Below are positions 48,781 through 51,343 of a DNA stretch of 51,343 bases, piece after piece (the first letter of the stretch is position 1; every line of letters starts with the position of its first letter). Source of the stretch: Pseudomonadota bacterium. GTDB taxonomy: Bacteria > Bdellovibrionota_B > Oligoflexia > Oligoflexales > Oligoflexaceae. Position numbers and translations under genes: made by a program. Below the pieces are notes generated by a model, which had not been told where the DNA came from, did no database searches, and worked only from the letters and a program-made list of their open reading frames with translations. The stretch spans positions 1 through 51,343 of the forward strand of contig SEDW01000004.1 in NCBI GenBank assembly GCA_004193325.1. Reading direction: 5' to 3'.

Positions 48781-50181
48781 TCAGAGCTTCGCTTCAAACT
48801 GACTGTCAACAAATCCGGACTCGAGAAGGAAGGTTCGGCAGTGGTCCCGAAATATCTCTGATGTGACAGGCACAGTGTAAAGTGATCCGCGCGTAACGAA
48901 TTCCCCCCAATCCTTCATCAGAACCCATTCTGTCGAACCCTGATTCTGATTCTTTTTATCCTGGAGAACCCCTTTGGAGAGGAGGTTGATCAGACTCTTG
49001 TCATTAAGTCGTTTTAGGCCCAATTGTTTCTGAAATTGCTCTCGGGGAATAAGAAATTTCGCCTTCAAAAGCTCTTCTTTGATCGCCTGAAAAATCTTGC
49101 CGTCGAGTTCGCCGAGCTTATGACTCAGGCTTAGGGCGAAGAGCATTCCGACTCCAATGGCTTCGCCGTGAAGAATGGGATCGAGAGGAGAAAATTGGTG
49201 AGAAACCGTTTCCAAGGCGTGCGCCAGGGTATGGCCGAAGTTCAGGACCGCCCTAATACCCCTTTCGTTCGGATCCTGGCTAATAATCTTTGCCTTAACA
49301 TAGACGAGATCTTTGAGAATCGGCTCTATGGCAGCGATTGAGAAATCGATTCCTGCCACTTTTTGGGCCAGAGCTTTGTCGCCACTAATTAGCGCATGTT
49401 TATAGCCTTCGGCCAAGCCAGCTTTGAATTCTCTGGGGCCGAGGGTTTTCAGCCAGATGGGTGAGATGATGACTTCCGTTGGGAAGGCAAAGAGCCCGAG
49501 CTGGTTTTTGCCAAAGCGGCCGAAGTTCACCCCGGTCTTGCCCCCTACACAGGCATCGAGCATAGCGAGAAGAGTTGTCGGAACAAGGCGAAAGGGACGA
49601 TCCGAGAGCGCTGCTGAAAAAGCGGCAACATCGGCGAGAATTCCTCCGCCTACGATCGTGATTGTTCCGGGGTGCTTGCCTATCCAGGCTTTGATCTTCG
49701 CCGCCGTCTCGAGGGATTTGCTGGCTTCGTCTAATTGTAGCGAAAGATCCTGAGGCCTTGGTTCTATCCTCCAGGCCCCTGCAACGCTGGAATCGATAAT
49801 GATAGGTCCATCGACATTCGCGAGGTTCATGGACGTCTCAGAGTCGTTGAAAGAGACCTTGTAGGTTCCCGCGAGTTCACGAGGCAGTTGCGAGGAATGG
49901 GCAACTCCTCGCCGGAAGATTTTTGCCGCTGCAAAATAAGCTTCCTTTCTGCTTAGTTTGTCGAGCTGCCAGCCCACGCTCCGGCTCAAATGAAGATCGA
50001 AAGCTTCTTCAAGTATCGACAGTGTTCCTGCCGGCCAGCCCATTGCGATTTCAACAGCGCTTGGCTCAGGGCTTTCTCTCTTTTCCAGAAACTCGTGCCA
50101 TTTTTTGGGTGTAAGGCTCGGCTCTGACATGGACCAGCTTATCACTATCGAACGTTCGGGCATGGATCCTGAAGTATTCAC
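48781..50181 (-). CDS. aroB: 3-dehydroquinate synthase family protein with N-terminal extension (start uncertain)
   Basis: GGG...D, PTTLLAM.DA.VGGKTGVN, KNQ.G.F, E..KH, LNFGHT.AHALE, HGEA. Confidence 0.88.
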   Translation of the reverse strand: MNTSGSMPERSIVISWSMSEPSLTPKKWHEFLEKRESPEPSAVEIAMGWPAGTLSILEEAFDLHLSRSVGWQLDKLSRKEAYFAAAKIFRRGVAHSSQLPRELAGTYKVSFNDSETSMNLANVDGPIIIDSSVAGAWRIEPRPQDLSLQLDEASKSLETAAKIKAWIGKHPGTITIVGGGILADVAAFSAALSDRPFRLVPTTLLAMLDACVGGKTGVNFGRFGKNQLGLFAFPTEVIISPIWLKTLGPREFKAGLAEGYKHALISGDKALAQKVAGIDFSIAAIEPILKDLVYVKAKIISQDPNERGIRAVLNFGHTLAHALETVSHQFSPLDPILHGEAIGVGMLFALSLSHKLGELDGKIFQAIKEELLKAKFLIPREQFQKQLGLKRLNDKSLINLLSKGVLQDKKNQNQGSTEWVLMKDWGEFVTRGSLYTVPVTSEIFRDHCRTFLLESGFVDSQFEAKL

Positions 50182-50331
50182 TATTTCGCCTTTTCTTTAG
50201 ACTATCCCGAGTCCGCTGGCCGACCCGCGGCTCAGGTTTCGCGCCCGGATACCGAGTGAGTAGGAAGGCAGTCTTACTTAACGAAAGTATTACAGCCCTT
50301 CGTCAGAACCTAGGAAGGGATCTAAGCTCAC

Positions 50332-50844
50332 ATGAACCACAGAAACAAAAATCTGGCAGGACGATCGATACGCGGACAGCTGGAAGCTATGACGCGGAAA
50401 AGACTTGCCAGTCAAGACATAGTCAATCTGAGTGATTTCAGAAGTCTCAGAAAAGACCAGTATCAGCCTAGTATACTCGTCGTCGATGATGAAGAGATGA
50501 TGCGCAATGCCTTGAAAAGAATTCTCGAAGGCGAAAATTATCAGGTAATTCTAGCCGAAGACGCCATGAGTCTGACCAAGATTCTTGATACGGCTCAATT
50601 TGACCTTATTCTCCTGGACATTAACCTTCCTTGGGTTGATGGATTGGAACTTTGCGCTATGTTGAAAGGTCATCCAGCACTGAGTCATGTGCCATTGATA
50701 TTGGTTTCGGGCCGCAAAACGAAAGAAGATATTGAAAAAGGCTTCGCAGCTGGCTGCAATGACTACATCACCAAGCCATTTGAGATCGATAAAATAATCG
50801 ATGTTGTGTCAAAATCGCTTAGCCCCGTAGAAGTGGCGAAATAA
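50332..50844 (+). CDS. Single-domain response regulator with about 45-aa N-terminal extension
   Basis: ILVVDDE, DLILLDINLP..DG, ILVSG, YITKPF. Confidence 0.92.
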   Translation: MNHRNKNLAGRSIRGQLEAMTRKRLASQDIVNLSDFRSLRKDQYQPSILVVDDEEMMRNALKRILEGENYQVILAEDAMSLTKILDTAQFDLILLDINLPWVDGLELCAMLKGHPALSHVPLILVSGRKTKEDIEKGFAAGCNDYITKPFEIDKIIDVVSKSLSPVEVAK

Positions 50845-50867
50845 AGCAAAAAGCTGAAGGTCTAGTC

Positions 50868-50896
50868 TTGACAGTTCTTTCGAAGAACGTTAATCC
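50868..50896 (+). promoter_or_regulatory. Putative sigma70 promoter of tRNA-Asn
   Basis: TTGACA-N17-TAATCC. Confidence 0.55.
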
Positions 50897-50912
50897 TAAA
50901 AGCCTCTCGAGT

Positions 50913-50988
<76 letters not shown>

Positions 50989-51040
50989 TCTTTCTTAAGA
51001 TGGTCCGACTTGAAGAAGAAGAAGCCCCTGGCAGGTTGCC

Positions 51041-51343
51041 CCAACGCACTTCCAAAAACATGGGCGAAACATCGAGATGCTCGACTTTTGCGATGACCTG
51101 ACTCACGTAGATGACAAGGCCACGAGCAATGTATTTATCAAAACGCAGCATCACGCCGGAACGCGAAACATTGATAACCTGAGCGTGACCATGGGAAGTG
51201 ACCATGATGAGAGAGGCGGATTCACAGTAGAGTCTTTCTTCACTCCGATCCATCTGAGCGAAGTTTCTATAGGCAGTGATAAATCGTCGAGTCGAATCGG
51301 AATCGTCAAGGAAAGGGTCAAATTCAAAAGCATTGACCGGTTC
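51041..51343 (-). CDS. PilZ-domain protein, 5' end outside window, 3' end apparently missing
   Basis: Frame is open to the window edge; RSEER (RxxxR) and NVSRSG (N/DxSxxG) motifs, LEVRW strand; after 51041 it runs into antisense tRNA sequence. Confidence 0.65.

Overview
Core-genome window from a bacterium of roughly 49% GC (estimated by eye). Gene content and protein flavour suggest Bdellovibrionota/Oligoflexia or a related deltaproteobacteria-like lineage (inference). It holds the S10-spc-alpha ribosomal cluster (rplB 3' end to rplQ, with no rplX, map or rpsD), lptG-like, mtnC-mtnD, rimP-nusA-infB-rbfA-truB-metK, a HAMP protein-ruvA-ruvB, a porin, an XPB/Rad25 helicase plus DUF790/Bax1 nuclease pair, a DHH phosphoesterase, a broken PI-PLC/beta-gamma-crystallin lipoprotein, dtd, gpmI-mazG, rpsT, rnhA, an unusual rpsR-rpmB operon, priA, clpP, tRNA-Leu, msbA-like ABC, etfAB, a class V aminotransferase, mltD-like, bamD, tonB, a degenerate Hpt, aroB, a REC protein, tRNA-Asn and a partial PilZ gene. 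I saw no CRISPR array, IS element or prophage. Best leads: (1) a 36-aa very basic ORF, below the ORF-track cutoff, closing the rpsR-rpmB operon behind a structured 5' leader, a candidate unrecognised ribosomal protein; (2) an archaeal-type XPB-Bax1 repair module next to ruvAB; (3) three apparent short internal deletions (rpsC, the PLC gene, the tRNA-Asn terminator/PilZ junction), most simply explained as collapsed assembly gaps, which also makes the missing rplX uncertain.
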